A stretch of 64,000 nt of DNA from the human T2T-CHM13v2.0 reference genome, Homo sapiens. This document shows, one piece after another, positions 46,970 through 62,830 of this stretch. The position numbers and the translations under genes are program-made. The notes under the pieces were generated by a model. The model ran no database searches, had not been told where the DNA came from, and saw only the letters and a program-made list of their open reading frames with translations. Where the stretch lies: assembly GCF_009914755.1 (NCBI RefSeq), contig NC_060940.1. One strand, given 5' to 3'. Positions within the stretch are counted from its first letter, which is position 1. Each line of letters begins with the position of its first letter.

Positions 46970-47515
46970 AGTAAATGATGCTAGAACCTTCAGTATAGCC
47001 AAGCTAGATAAAAAACATTTTTCTGGAAAATTGATTCAACAGCACCCAAGTAGAGAGAAATAATCTATAAAAAATCCACACATTCTTTCTGTTTGCGACC
47101 ACTAAATTTGGATCACTGCCTCCATGTTCGAGTGCAAGAAAAGAAAAGCCATTCACAATGAGCCCATAAAGAACTGCTGCAGGACACAGAAAAGAAAATG
47201 CCACCATGAACACTTGGAAGAAAATAGTGGAGTTTTCTCAATGTGGTTTATTATAGAAAGAAAAGCAAATATATAAAACTATTTGACAAACAGTCATTAT
47301 GAAACAGGAGCAAAACATCAAGAGAGAGACTAGGTTAAGCTGAAACACAGAATGTGATAAAAATGGAGTGTAGTTAGAAAATAGGGAAATTTAAATGTGC
47401 AATAATAAAATTAAAAAACACATTTAATGTTGCAACAACCAGGATTGACAATGTGGAAAAATGAGATCACAAATGTTGGAGACAAACTGTAAGAAACTGA
47501 CAAAATGACATAAAA

Positions 47516-47830
47516 GGCCCAAACAGTGGCTCATGCCTATAATCCAGCACTTTGAGGGGCTGAGGTGCACAGATCGCTTAGGCCCAGAAGTTCAAGACCA
47601 GCCTGGGCAACATGGAGAAGTCATGTCTCTACTAAAAATACAAAAAATTAGCCAGGCGTGGTGATGCATGGCCTGTAGTCTCAGCTCCTAGGGAGGCTGA
47701 GGTGGGAGAATCACCTGAGCCTGGGAAGTCGAGGCTGCAGTGAGGTGTGATCAAGCCATTGCACCCTAGGCTGTGCGACGAGAATGAGACCGTGTATCAA
47801 AAAAAAAAAAAAAAAAAAGAAAAGAAAAAG
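47516..47830 (+). mobile_element. AluJ
   Basis: cccagaagttcaagaccagcctgggcaac; gaagtcgaggctgcagtgag. Confidence 0.92.
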
Positions 47831-48673
47831 ACAAAAAAGATGACAAGGATGAGAGTAGATGGTGAACAGAAAATCTTATAATGTGAACTATTCCTGAGAA
47901 ACATATTTCAATGATTATTAGCCATTGTAGCAGTGCATGCAGAGAGTTTGTTTTTTATATGCCTATATGTTAACATGTCAGAGAGCCAGAAATGCTACAG
48001 AAACAGTAATCAGAGATACAACAGAAGATGACTTTCCTTAACTGACTAAAGCCTTGAATTCACAGATTCCAAAGTCTCAACATGTTTCAGGCAACAATCA
48101 TTAACAATGAGAACACTCAAATTTTCACCTGGGTGGCAGAAGTAAGAGTAGGGGTGGGAGCTGGGGTTGGGATTAGAGGGGTTGTCACTTCAGAAAACTA
48201 AGCCTGATTAACTTGGAGATAGTTGGGGACTCTACGTAAAATACCATTCAGGCAATTCACATTGGCAATTTACTTCACTATGACTTGTTCCCTTTGTCAG
48301 AAGAGCCCTGTTATTTAGGTACAAGAATTTGGCCTTAAAAACCCTTTTCTTGATCAGGATTTATTGCCTGATGTTGAAGTTCAATTAATAATGGGAGAAG
48401 ATTTGATTGCCATAGAGCAGCTGCCTGGATGATGGGACTATGGATGACATTTTTCCACCTGTAATTTCCAGATTATTTCCTGTAATGAGAATGTGTTATT
48501 CATTTACAAAATATCCATGGCAAAAGTACTGAGTATCAACTATGTGCTTGGCACTGTGCTTTTTCTTTCTCTCTTGGTCTTATTCTTCCATTCCTTCCCC
48601 ACCCCACAATCACCAACAAATAATTATCCATGGGATCCAATATTTACAACCTCACATTTAAAGAAAAAAGATA

Positions 48674-48987
48674 GGCCGGGCACAGTGGCTCACATCTCTA
48701 ATCCCAGCACTTCGGGAGACCGAGGCGGACAGATCATCTGAGGTCAGGAGTTTGACACCAGCCTGGCCAACATGGTGAAACCCCGTCTCTACTAAAAATA
48801 CAAAAACTAGCTGGGCATGGTGGCAGGTGCCTGTAATTCCAGCTACTCAGGAGGCTAAGGCAGGAGAATCGCTTGAACCCAGGAGGTGGAGATTGCAGTG
48901 AGCCTAGATTGTGCCACTGCACTCCAGCCTGGGCAATAGAGTGAGGCTCAGTCTCAAAAAAAGAAAAAAAAAAAGAAAGAAGAAAAG
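48674..48987 (+). mobile_element. AluSx-type
   Basis: Full dimer and A-rich tail. Confidence 0.95.
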
Positions 48988-50159
48988 AGTTTTTTTTTCT
49001 ATCAGCTCTCCATATAAAAATTCCAGGATAAGTTTCTGATTGGCCTAGCTTGGGTCCAATCACTGTGAGAGGGAGGAACAGAAATTTAAGATTGTCCAGT
49101 CCTGGGCTGTATGTTCTGTAGGCAAGATGCTATAATTTTCAAGTTCATTCAAAGTACATGATTGTATTTTTTGATCATTCCACAATGCATACATGTATTG
49201 ACACATCACATTGTACCCCATTATATATTTATCAATTAACATAAAACTTTAGAAAATGCAAGCTACAAAATCGAAAGAAAGACACATGACTGTAATTAGG
49301 AAAAAAAAAATAAGGAATTTGAAAGGGAGGGTATTTCCTTTCCCCAGAAGAACCAGCTCATCACTGTTAAGAAGTCACAAACTATAGAGGTCTTCCACTA
49401 CAATCCCAGGTCCAAGAGACGCCGGGATATCTTGCATCACCATTCTTACATATCTTCCTAAAGTCTACCATCAAGACTTAAACATGATTCCATAAGCAAC
49501 ATCTGCAGGACTGGCAGCTGTCTGAATTTGATTGATACTCTGGCAAGTCAATTTTGAAAGCATATAGAGCTGAGAATATTATCTTGATGGTATTTCCCAC
49601 TACATTCCAAAGTTCAAGAGAGTTTGGGTTACCTCTCTCTACCCTTCTGATTTATTGCCCTCTAATGGACCAGCACAAGTTAAAGACTATCTTGTAATCA
49701 GCAGCAGCTAGAGGCATCGGCAGCTGCCTGAATTTAATACTCTGGTAGCCAGTTTTGAATGTGCATAGAATTGAGAATATTACTATCTCAGGTTCCATAT
49801 TCTCCATTGATTTTACACAATCAATGATTGAAACAAGGTGAGTGCTCGGCAACCTGGGAGGCTTCAATTTATCAAAGGATTGTCATTCCAGACAGCTGCT
49901 GCCTTTCCTGATCTGGATGATTTAGAGGATGACAGAATAATGAACGATAGCTTAAGTGTTGTGATCCTTCACTACTGCCCTTCAGGCAGCGCTCAAAAAC
50001 AACAACAACAACAAACTCCGAGTTCTCTTGCCTGGCTGTTCCTGCCCCTGAAATAGGGTGACTAGATTCAGTAACAGTTGTTTTCTTTAATAAAGGATGA
50101 ATTAACACATGTTAATGATTGTGCATTGTTAACTTACCAGACCAGGAGGAAGGAGAGTT

Positions 50160-50672
50160 GACTGGGCCACTTAGCTGACATTCATCCTTTTCCTGTTTAG
50201 GGTGTCCATGTTTTCCTTCATGTAATCACTTCTCTCTGACTCTTCGTTCATATCCTTTGGGTGGAGTTGAATTCATTTCCCATTCTAGGGATGGGCATGT
50301 GGCTCCAACCAGACCCATCCTAGCATGCACTACTGTGGTTATAGTGATTGGTTCAGGGATGGTCACATGATTCAAGTTGAACCAATGAGATATAAATACA
50401 CGTCATGGTTAAAGGATCGGAGGTACAGGTTCTCCACAGCTGTATTGAATCTAGAATTAAACTTGCCATCCCACGGAGTCTGAGAATGAAGCCAACACAG
50501 AGGAAAGTATTCTGGCAGATGAAGAGAAACATCATTCTGATTACATAGTTTGAACACCTTGGTCAGGCCTCACCTGAACCTAGTTCTGGTCCTCAAACTT
50601 TCATTTATAGGAATTAAGACCCATTCAGGGTTGGTTCTCTATCAACTGAAACAAACAAAATAAAGAGCTCTA
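50160..50672 (+). mobile_element. Old MLT1 (K/L) LTR
   Basis: agtgattggttcagggatggtcacatga...ccaatgaga. Confidence 0.7.
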
Positions 50673-52231
50673 CACTTAGGTTCAAGTCCAAGCCCTGCCA
50701 CAAACTAACAGTGTGACGTGGAGCAAGCCTCTTTATTCCTCTAAATTTAGGTTTTCTCATCTATGAAATGAAGTCATTAGATGAGGCAGATATTTGAGCT
50801 TTGGCATTCTAGGGTATTGCACTGAATTATTGTTTCAAATATGGATTTTTGTCAGAGGAGACAGGCAGAACAACCCGAATCTAGGCCCTCAGGAAAAACA
50901 GATGGATTGGAGCAAATGTATCAAGAAGTCTTTGCAGAAAGGGAAAAGGATATTTGAAGTGTTTGGTAGGAAGAGTTGATTCTCCACACACTTCAATATT
51001 TGAAGAGTTAATTGGTAGCAGTGTGTGTGTGTGTCTGTGTGTGTGTGAGACAGAGAGAGGAGTTATGTGTTCTTTATAACATTCAATCCTTTGAATTTCT
51101 TCCAACTGCTAAGTTTGATTTTGTAATATTAAAAAGATATAGAATAATATGAAAAAAATGGCTAAATGTAATTATGACCCTGGACTACTAGGCTTTATTA
51201 TTTTTGGAATTCCTGACATGAGCTTGATGTATTATTCTAGCCCTAATGTCCCTGAGGCTAGACTTTGAGAATTTTTTACAAGAGTGAAAATTTCAAAATA
51301 GTTTAGCAAGTGACCTAAGGCTAACATTTCATAAAACAAGAGTATTTTAATAGAGCAAGAATAAAAAATAGTGGGACATTTTATCTTTAAGCAAAGAAAA
51401 TTCTTCCTTAGAAAAGATAGTTGCCAATCTAATTCAACACTTATATCTTTCTTTCAAGCTTTCTTTCTGACTTTTCCCTATGGTCTCCTAAGCAACATAT
51501 AGTTAAATTTCCCTGTTAAAAATCCTAATAGTGTTTGTCTTTTAATAGAAGAAATTAAGTTATTTATATTTACTGTAATCACTGTGTGTTAGTTTTCTTT
51601 CTGTCATCTTAATTTATGGTGTCTGCTCTTCTACATCTCTTGAGGGTTCCCCTTTCTAGATTCTAGCTAATTGGTCAAATGTTCTTTCTTCCTTTCATTT
51701 CTTTGGTGAAATAGAAATGTTTCCTCTTTTTTGTATTTTAACTTATATGTATATTTTTACAAGCATAATTATGTTTCCAATCCTGTTTTCTTAGCAATTT
51801 CAAAAATAAATCAATATTCTGAAGCCTACTCTCACCCACGTACTAAAAAGGCAGTCTTTCATTTCTTCCCTCCTCGGAGATTCATCTCCCAGGTTTCATC
51901 TTGCAGAATTTTGGTGTATGATTAATATTTTGTTGTAGGTATGCATGGACTTTATCTATTTGATTTTATGTCATCCCCTTTCTATTTTATTAACTTATTT
52001 AGTAACTGCATTGGGATTTTACACCTGCATTGTGAGCAACTATTTGTACGCTCCCCCTATTATTTCTTTGGCTTTTCTTAGTTCCATTATGTCTGTCTAG
52101 AAGCATTCTAATGAACCTTGGGTTTCCTGGACCTATCTCTCATCTCTCAACTTTTCCAATGTAATTTTTATGTTATTGGAGAGAATGCTTTAGCTAGATA
52201 TTCCATATCACAAAGTCACTAAGTCAATTCA

Positions 52232-52840
<609 letters not shown>

Positions 52841-52935
52841 CCATTTTAATTTTTAATGTTATCAATTATATTCTAATTTCCAAGGTTTTCTTTTTTGGGT
52901 TATGAAGTTATTCTTATGAATTACTCCAGGTTTTT

Positions 52936-53171
52936 CTGTCCAGTATGGCAGCTATTTAATTAGCTACATGTGGTAGTCACTAGCCATGTGTGGCTATTTC
53001 AATTTCAGTTTAAATTAGTTAAAGTTAAATGAAATTGAAATTCAGTTCCTTCACTGCCCTGGCCACATTTCAAATGCTCAATAGCCACATGTGGGTGGAG
53101 ACTGCAGTGTTGGGCAGTTCAGAGTTGTACAGCATTTTCATCATCACAGACTGACCTGTTGTATAGTGCTG
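52936..53171. mobile_element. MER33/MER3-type hAT DNA transposon
   Basis: cactagccatgtgtggctatt...ttcagttcct...ccacatttcaaatgctcaatagccacatgtgg. Confidence 0.8.
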
Positions 53172-53257
53172 GTCTAGACTGATTAGTATTAGCTGCTAAA
53201 ATGGTTTTCCTTCCAACGCAAGGCAGTCACTGTCCCCCAGGTAGTGAAAATGGCTGC

Positions 53258-53422
53258 TGACAGAGCAGGAGCATCGCCATCTTGGACAAACACCACCATT
53301 TTACGTTCCCCACGCTCCTAACCAAAATCGGCCAAAAGCCCCTCTCAGGTTTATTCTCCAAAATAAATCTGTCTTTAACTGTTAAGCCACTTTTCATGTT
53401 TCTTTCCTCTTTCACTCTTAGA
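53258..53422 (+). mobile_element. MER61 solo LTR with internal deletion (165 bp)
   Basis: tgacagagcaggagcatcgccatcttggacaaacacc ... ccaaaatcggccaaaagcccctctcaggtttattctccaaaataaa; TSD gctgc on both sides. Confidence 0.85.
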
Positions 53423-54284
53423 GCTGCCTTGAGTGGAGAAGAGCTACATCCATGTGGGCTTCCCTGCATGATGGGAGGGAAACTTGACTTCTCATTGTGA
53501 ATGCTCTGTCTTAGTTGGGTTCAGCACAAGTTACTTGGGGCAGGGACCCATGTCCTCTCCAGCTACCTAAACTTCAGTCCTAACTTTATGCAGAAAACTG
53601 ACTTCACAGAAAACCTAGGAGCAAGGTGCTGTAGCCAGCCTCTCTTTCAAATGGGGAATTCGTGTAATTGTTCTGTTGTTCTCTAATTTATAACCCTTAG
53701 ACCATCCCACAGACCATTGCTTCTCCCAGCCTGCTGTCTCCAATCTTGATTTTTCTCCAGAGCTCTGTTGGAAGAACTCAGTTTTACAACTGTCTCCTCT
53801 TTCATCTGTCTGGGGTTATGGTCTCCTGAAGGCTGTTAAGGAATCACCATTCATCTGATGCCATATATTTTGTCTGTTTCACACATTTCTCAAAACTTCT
53901 GGCTTGCTGATGGTGACATTTTCCATTTTCCAGCATTGCCATTGATTTATTCTTGCTCTTATATTTCCTCTGTCAAGATGTGCTCAGTCAGCCATCTTGA
54001 ACTGAAAGGAGTAGCCCTATTTCTTAAGCTTTTGTGTCTACAGAATTAGTTTTATAAATAATCATAGAATGTCAGGGGAGAAAGAAAATCTGAGATCCAG
54101 TCCAATCCATTCGTTTTATAGATGTACAAAGTGAGACTCATATGAGAAAAGTGACTCACACAGACCTTTACAGCATGGTAACGGCAAAGCTTGGACAAAG
54201 AGGGCAGTCACTTGTCTCCTACACTGGCCTCTGACCATTGTCCCCTGCTCCAAGAACCCTGAGTCATTATAAGAGGTCAATGTT

Positions 54285-54581
54285 GTCCGGGCACAGTGGC
54301 TCACGCCTGTAAGCCCGGCACTTTGGGAGGCTGAGGCGGGTAAATTACGAAGTCCGGAGTTCAAGACCAGCCTGATCAACATGGTAAAACCCCGTCTCTA
54401 CTAAAAATACAAAAATTAGCCAGGTGTGGTGGCATGCGCCTGTAATCCCAGCTACTCAGGAGGCTGAGGCAGGAGAATCGCTTGAACCTGGGAGGTGGAG
54501 GTTGTACTGAGCCGAGAGTGTATCACTGTACTTCAGCCTGGGCAACAGAGCAAGACTCTGTCTCAAAAAAAAAAAAAAAAA
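54285..54581 (+). mobile_element. AluS
   Basis: Full dimer; flanks a(g/a)gtcaatgt. Confidence 0.95.
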
Positions 54582-54736
54582 GTCAATGTCTCAGCCCAGG
54601 CATAACCTAGGTTCAGCACAGTAGTTGTTTTTTTATGCAGATCTTTTCTAAGCTCCTCCTAATACAAAAGAATGGGGGACTCCTATTTTTTAAAAGGCAT
54701 TTTCAACTGAACTGAATGAAATTAAAAGAATCTTCC

Positions 54737-55376
54737 ACTGTTGGTGGGAGTGTAAATTAGTTCAACCATTGTGGAAGACAGTGTGGCGATTCCTCAAGGA
54801 TCTAGAACCAGAAATACCATTTGACCTAGCAATTCAATTACTGGGGTATATACCCAAAGGATTATAAATCATTCTACTATAAAGATACATGCACATGTAT
54901 GTTTACTGCAGCACTATTCACAGTAGCAAAGACTTTGAACCAACACCCAAATGCCCATCAATGGTAGACTGAATAAAGAAAATGTGGCACATATACACCA
55001 CGGAATACTATGCAGCCGTAAAAAAGAATGAGTTCATGTCCTTTGCATGGACATGGATGAAGCTGGAAACCATCGTTCTCAACAAACTAACACAGGAACA
55101 GAAAACCCAACATCGGATGTTCTCACTCATAAGTGGGAGGTGAATAGTGAGAACACACGGACACAGGGAGGGGAACATCACACACCAGGGCCTGTTGGCG
55201 GGGGTGATGAGCAAGGGGAGGGAGAGCATTAGGACAAATACCTAATGCTTGCAGGGCTTAAAACCTAGATGATGGATTGATAGGTGCAGCAAACCACCAC
55301 GGCACATGTATACCTATGAAACAAACCTTCACATTTTGCACATCTATCCCAGAACTTAAAGTAAAATAATAAAAGA
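54737..55376 (+). mobile_element. L1PA 3' end (about 640 bp)
   Basis: 13-bp TSD aaaagaatcttcc (54724-54736, 55377-55389). Confidence 0.93.
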
Positions 55377-56269
55377 AAAAGAATCTTCCTCTTAACCTAC
55401 AAATTCATTTACTCCAAAAGGTCCTTTTCCCAAGAACAGTTAAAAAAAAAATCAAGGTTATACTTCAAAGGTATAAGAAGAAAGGGGCTTGGAAAATGCA
55501 AACAGTTCCCGCTTAGGAATGACCATGATATTGCAGAATGGGTGGGAGAGCAGTGGATATGAGAAATAGGCTTCCCCCTTCCCCAGCAGGTTCTGGGGTG
55601 GGAGCTTATTGTCCATCTTAGTGAAATCTTTCATCTCGAGCATCTGCCTAGTTGCACTCATCTACAATCTGTTTCCAGTGAAGCAAAGTAATTAATTGTT
55701 TCAAAATGCTTTTTTAGACTTTGGAAAACTGACCTAGGGTTAATGGTTCATAAACCTCATTTATGCTTCTATTAGAGATTTTAAAATGTGAGCTGATGTG
55801 CTTCTGGACTGGAGAGGAAGAGAGGCCCTCATAGACCTGCTGTGAAACCTGTAGCAGTGGCTGCAGCCAAGGAGTTATCCCTTTTTTTTTTTTTTTTTTT
55901 GACATCTTAAAGGAAGAGAGGGGGAGCAACGCAAATTCTCTGACATCATCTCTCAGAGGGTTTGATGTAACGATGACATATTAAACTTGGAGAGAAGGCG
56001 TACACTTTCCCGGTCCTAGAAGTTTCATCATCGACCCTCAGCCACTCTACAATGGGGACTGGAACCAGGCTTTCCAGTCCTGGCAGAGCTCCTGTTACTA
56101 TGTATTCCTCGATAAAACACCTTCATTCCTGTACTTGGCCTCATAGACTGTGATCTTTTTAGGGATACCAGTAAGGGCTCTCAATATCTCTTCTAACATG
56201 AGCAACCCCATAACTTCATTCCCGGGTATCACAAAGACTTACTTTGGGGATTATGAACTCACATGCATC

Positions 56270-56520
56270 CAGACACCAGACAGATAGCATAAATAAGTCA
56301 GGAAGAAGGATGGAGACTGGGGAACCGGAACAGGCACATCCCCTTCAAAGGGAGGTCACTGCTTTTCAGTTCTAGCTGGTTGCTGGCATGCAGAAATGTG
56401 TGCCTTATGTTTCCAGAGGAGTCACAAATCCAGATAACAAGTGAAGTCTGACGCTTATTTGGTGCTGGTGACTAATTAAAAAATCGAGACACTTCCAGCT
56501 ACAAACAACACACATCTGTG
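56270..56520. mobile_element. MER102-like DNA transposon fragment
   Basis: cagttctagctggttgctggcatgcagaaatg...acaaacaacacacatctgtg. Confidence 0.5.
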
Positions 56521-57021
56521 ATTTCCCCCATCCCAACCCCTGGTTTGAGATCTCTGGTTTGGTTCTCCCAGAAATAACTATCAAAATGCAAAGGTAGAAA
56601 AAAAAATTACAGAAGGAGCAGGACTGGAAAAGAAATGCAACGATGAAAGGATTACAGAAGCAACTTTTAGATACCAAATAGTCAGTGCCTATGCAAATTC
56701 TAAACAGATGTGGTTGACCTGGTGAAGTTCCAGCCTCCAGAACACTCCCCTCCTGGCCACCAATAGTGGTCTTTGTAACATGCAAACTCTTTGTTTATTT
56801 GAATTCTGGGCCAGGCTAAAGTGGCAGTCGCCTCAATAAAGGGGGAGCCTTCAGGAAGGTGGGTATTCCTAGGATATTCTCAAGGATAGACACCCTAAGA
56901 TATTCAAAAAGATTGAATTTCCAAGGTATACGCATACAAATCAATTGAAATGTAACCATAGCAATTATAATAAATCACTTCAGTTCACCAAGTGCCTATG
57001 TACTAATGTCAGGGTAAGTGA

Positions 57022-57405
<384 letters not shown>

Positions 57406-57880
57406 ATAATTAACCCTTTTGTATAGATGGGAAAACACACTCAGGGAGGGGAATTCGTTTTCCTGCAGATCACAGGTGATAACACCTGAATTTTGTTAGA
57501 AAATGAGCTCCCTCAATCTATGTGTTATTCTTTGTCTCCCTTGAGGACACAGAGTAGGAAGTTCAACATAATGTTGAAGTGGTTTTCCCCTCCCAACTTC
57601 CAAAGATTCCCAGAGTGGGCTTAAAAGTAAGAGAACAGATGGTGGTTGGGTGGTGGCGGTGGTATATCAATTTCCTCCAAATGTATATCTGGAATATACA
57701 AAAACAAACTAGGGTGAGCAGAAAAATCGCATGTTCTAAAAATGAAAAGACTGTAGCTTTCAAGATATTTATCATTTTGTGTACTCTGGGACCATATGGA
57801 TAATATCAATTGGCCTAAGATTGGAAGGATAAGGAAGGGAGACCACAAAAGGCTTTGAGAAAGCAAGGGGTAGACACTGA

Positions 57881-58233
<353 letters not shown>

Positions 58234-58249
58234 TGTTGAGATGTTTAAA

Positions 58250-58435
58250 AACAACTTTATTGAGATATACTTCACATACCACACAAATTGCACATTTAAA
58301 GTATACAATTCAATATTTTCAGTATTTTTGCAGACATGTGCAACCATCCCCACAGTCAATTTTAGAACATTTTTACCACCTGTAAGAAGCCCTGTGCCCT
58401 CTAGCCTTCATCTCCCTGTTCCCCATCCCTTCCCT
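58250..58435 (-). mobile_element. L1MB-type 3' end
   Basis: aactttattgagatatacttcacatacc...tttaaagtatacaattca. Confidence 0.8.
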
Positions 58436-59132
58436 GAAATCTCCAGAAAAAGCTCTAGAGTTGGCTACTCCTGGGATTTCCAGGAGTATAAGCCAGAAGT
58501 CCTCTGCCAGTTCGTTTTTCAGTTTAAACATCACCAATCAAACACTGATGTCCTTGCCCTCTTTTTCTTTTCTTACCCCTACCTTTCTGATAACTTAGCA
58601 TTCCCAGTCCTGACTTAGGAGAAGGGTTGGATTTATAAACAATTATCCCAGGCATTGTTCAAGAGGTCTCTATGTTTAGAGTGGGTCTAAATGCAGAAAC
58701 TAGTACCCAGACCTTTCTCCAAGCACCGTCAAAGGCAGTACTTCTGAATGCATCTTCACAACCTTTTGTTCTATTTTCTGCATTATCTTGAAGAGGCTAC
58801 ATCATTGTGAAAATGTAGGAAATAAGTGATTTTTGTTCAAAGCAATGATGGGAAGTGGTCATTCTTAAATGATGTCTATTAACGACCTACAAGTGAATTG
58901 AAGGTGCTAGGCATTGCGAGTTGTGCAAAGAGATTTTAAACTATTTTGGGGAAGATAGAATATGAATTGTAACTGGAAGGAACATGACATGGGAACAGAG
59001 CATTTTCTTAAGAATCAAACTAATTGGGTTCAAATCCTAATCCCACTACTTACCAACTGCACAACATTGGGCAAGTTAGCTAAGCTTCTCTGAGTCTCAG
59101 TCCCCTTACCAATAAAATAGAAATAATGTCAC

Positions 59133-59494
59133 TGTATTAGTCCATTTTCATGCTGCTGATAAACACATACCAGAGACTGGGAAGAAAAAGAGGTTTTAAT
59201 GGACTTACAGTTCCACATGGCTGGGGAGACCTCACAATCATGGCGGAAGGCAACGAGGAGCAAGCCGTATCTTACGTGGATGGTGGCAGGCAAAGAGAGA
59301 ATGTACTAGCAGGGGAAATGCCAGACGCTTATAAAATCATCAGATCTCATGATAACTCACTCACTATCAGGAGAAAGGTATGGGGAAACTGCACCCATAA
59401 TTCATTTATCTCCACCTGGCCCTGCCCTTGACATGTGGGGATTATTACAATTCAAGGTGAGATTTGGGTAGGGACACAGAGCCCAACCATATCA
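59133..59494 (-). mobile_element. THE1 (B/C-like) solo LTR, full length, inserted in a MIR
   Basis: tgtattagtccattttcatgctgctg...aaccatatca; perfect 5-bp TSD gtcac. Confidence 0.92.
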
Positions 59495-59599
59495 GTCACC
59501 TATTCTATATGGTGTTTCAAGATTAAAATATGTGGGATTGACAAGCACCACAACAATTATTATTTCTACTACTACTACCACCACTACCACCACCATTTA

Positions 59600-59815
59600 A
59601 GTGAGCATTTATTTGTCAAGAAGTTATAAGTCACTTAATATGTATTATCTCTCTAACCCATCCAACAACTTGGAAAAGCATACAAGATATAATCCTCCCT
59701 TCACAGATGTAAAAAACTGGCTCAGATAAGTGAAATAACTTGCCACAAACCATACAGCTGGTGAGTGTCGGAACTAAGTATTAAAACCAGACTTGTTGGT
59801 CACAAAGATGACATC
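59600..59815 (-). mobile_element. MIR
   Basis: ttcacagatgtaaaaaactggctcagataagtgaaataacttgcc. Confidence 0.75.
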
Positions 59816-60943
59816 ACACCCATTATTGTCATAATTAATTACTACTGGAACAGTGCAAGGAGGAATCCAGAACATGAAAGAGACATTTTTCTTTCAAAAG
59901 CTAGAAATCCATCTTTTAAAAGTCAGGCAAACACTGTAAAATTTAAAATAGGTAATTTCACATTTTGATGGCTGTGTTAGAAACTAGGCAATATCAAGTA
60001 CAGGGCTTAAATGCCAGTGTAAGGATGAGAGACTATGTCTAGACAGCTGGTATACCAGCTCCAACACATCGTCTGTGTTCACCCATCCACCCCACAGGCC
60101 GAAATGAATTTTTAGGAAGAGATGCTATTCAGTCCCTCTGTAAAGGGGCTTCCAGAACATAACCTGCCATTCCTGGAACAATGTTGTAACATCCCGGGCA
60201 GAGAAACTCTGTCCTCTGCTCAGCAACAAACCTTGGGATTTGCCCAGTTTCTTGTCCTTGGGTTCTTGCAAAGTCACCATAATTTGAATTTTTATAAATC
60301 AAATCCTATTTCAAATGCAATTGAAGAACTTGCACTTTAAAAGAATCCTGTCTTGAATCCTCAAGAAAATGGAAGACTGCCGTTGAAACTGAATAGCTAT
60401 TCCTAAAATTATCCATTTTGCAAATTTGGAATTTGGTTCCCAACCTTGTGAAAACAACCTGTAAACTTCGAAACCAATTTGAAATTCAAGTTTGTGGCTG
60501 GGTCTTTTGGGCACTCCTTATCACCTTGGCTGATAAGCATTTAAATATATTCATTAACAAAAATCATTGTTGTCACAGTTAACTACATTAGCACCTTTTA
60601 ATTGAATTAGAAATTAGATGGGGGTCATGAATATTTCACTAGGATTCACTGCCAGCCTTCCCAATTTCCATCTTAAAAAAAAATACTGTCACGTAGCGTA
60701 AACGGATGAATTCACAATGTTCTTGTTCCCGCCTTTTCTTATAGTTTTGCCACAAAAGTCATCCCGGTGTCGAAAATGAATCAGAAACAAATTTTTAACT
60801 TTCATGCTGCTCTTCTGTGCATCTTGGCATGATGCAAAGAGTTTTCTGTCCTTAGGAAACTTTATATAAACATTTACTCAACACAATCCAGAAACCATCA
60901 GTCCCATTGCATGCTGAGAAGGCTGGGGTTTTTGAGGTAGAGC

Positions 60944-61497
<554 letters not shown>

Positions 61498-61994
61498 AAG
61501 AATAATATAGATTCAATTACTAGCCCTGCCTCTTGTGTTTGGCCCTTCTCTGGGCCTCAGTTTTGTTTTGTATATGTGAAATAGAAGCGATCATCACTAC
61601 CTCACTAGGTTGCTAAGAGATTTAAATAATATCAAGTGAATAAAAGGCATAGCTGAGGGCGTGTTCATTAATTAATATGTATGTAGTAATAATCATAGTA
61701 ACAGAAGCAGCAGCAACACTAGCAGAACTTGCATCATGACGTGAGGGAGGTGAAGGAAAGGACTAGCTGCTCCTCTTCTGTTTATACTACACTCCACTCA
61801 TGGAAGTGCCCATGTTACTGGGCTGAACCACATGAACCTTCCCTGCCGGAAGAAAGACCCAAGAGGGCACCTTCAAAGGCAGCAGTAGCCCCTCGTCCGC
61901 GAATCTTTAAGCTGGTTTGACTCACCCTCCATGCCACATGTGCGGTGGATGGTCAAAGCAAGCCCCAGATACGTCTCCAGTGGAGACATCTGAG

Positions 61995-62260
61995 ACAGCA
62001 TGGTGAGGTTTAAAAAAGGAAATTGGATTTGGAGTCTAAGGGACCTAAATTCCAAACTTGGCTGCTGATTCTGGGAAGTGTTGGGCAAGTTCCTTAATTT
62101 CTGTGAGCCTCAGTTTCCTTAGCTTTAAAATAGAGTCAGTGAAAATTCTCCCACAGACTGGTTGTAAGAACTAAATGTGGTAACGCATGCAGAAAGCCCA
62201 GTGTGATGCTTGACACACGGTAAGTGCTCAATTATCTGTAGTAATTATCATTTTTATGAT
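61995..62260 (+). mobile_element. MIR
   Basis: ttgggcaagttccttaatttctgtgagcctcagtttcc...gtaagtgctcaat. Confidence 0.8.
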
Positions 62261-62278
62261 GAAGAATATCATGATCCT

Positions 62279-62824
<546 letters not shown>

Positions 62825-62830
62825 TTACAG

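Noticed and set aside
49835-49843. Perfect donor AAG|GTGAGT; also AAG|GTAAGG at ~37685
   Set aside because: Only weak upstream acceptors and no coding signal
56868-56913. Imperfect 20-bp direct repeat (cctaggatattctcaaggat / cctaagatattcaaaaagat)
   Set aside because: Two short degenerate copies with no further periodicity
58466-58488. 9-bp stem hairpin tactcctgg/ccaggagta
   Set aside because: Short enough to be expected by chance in a window this size
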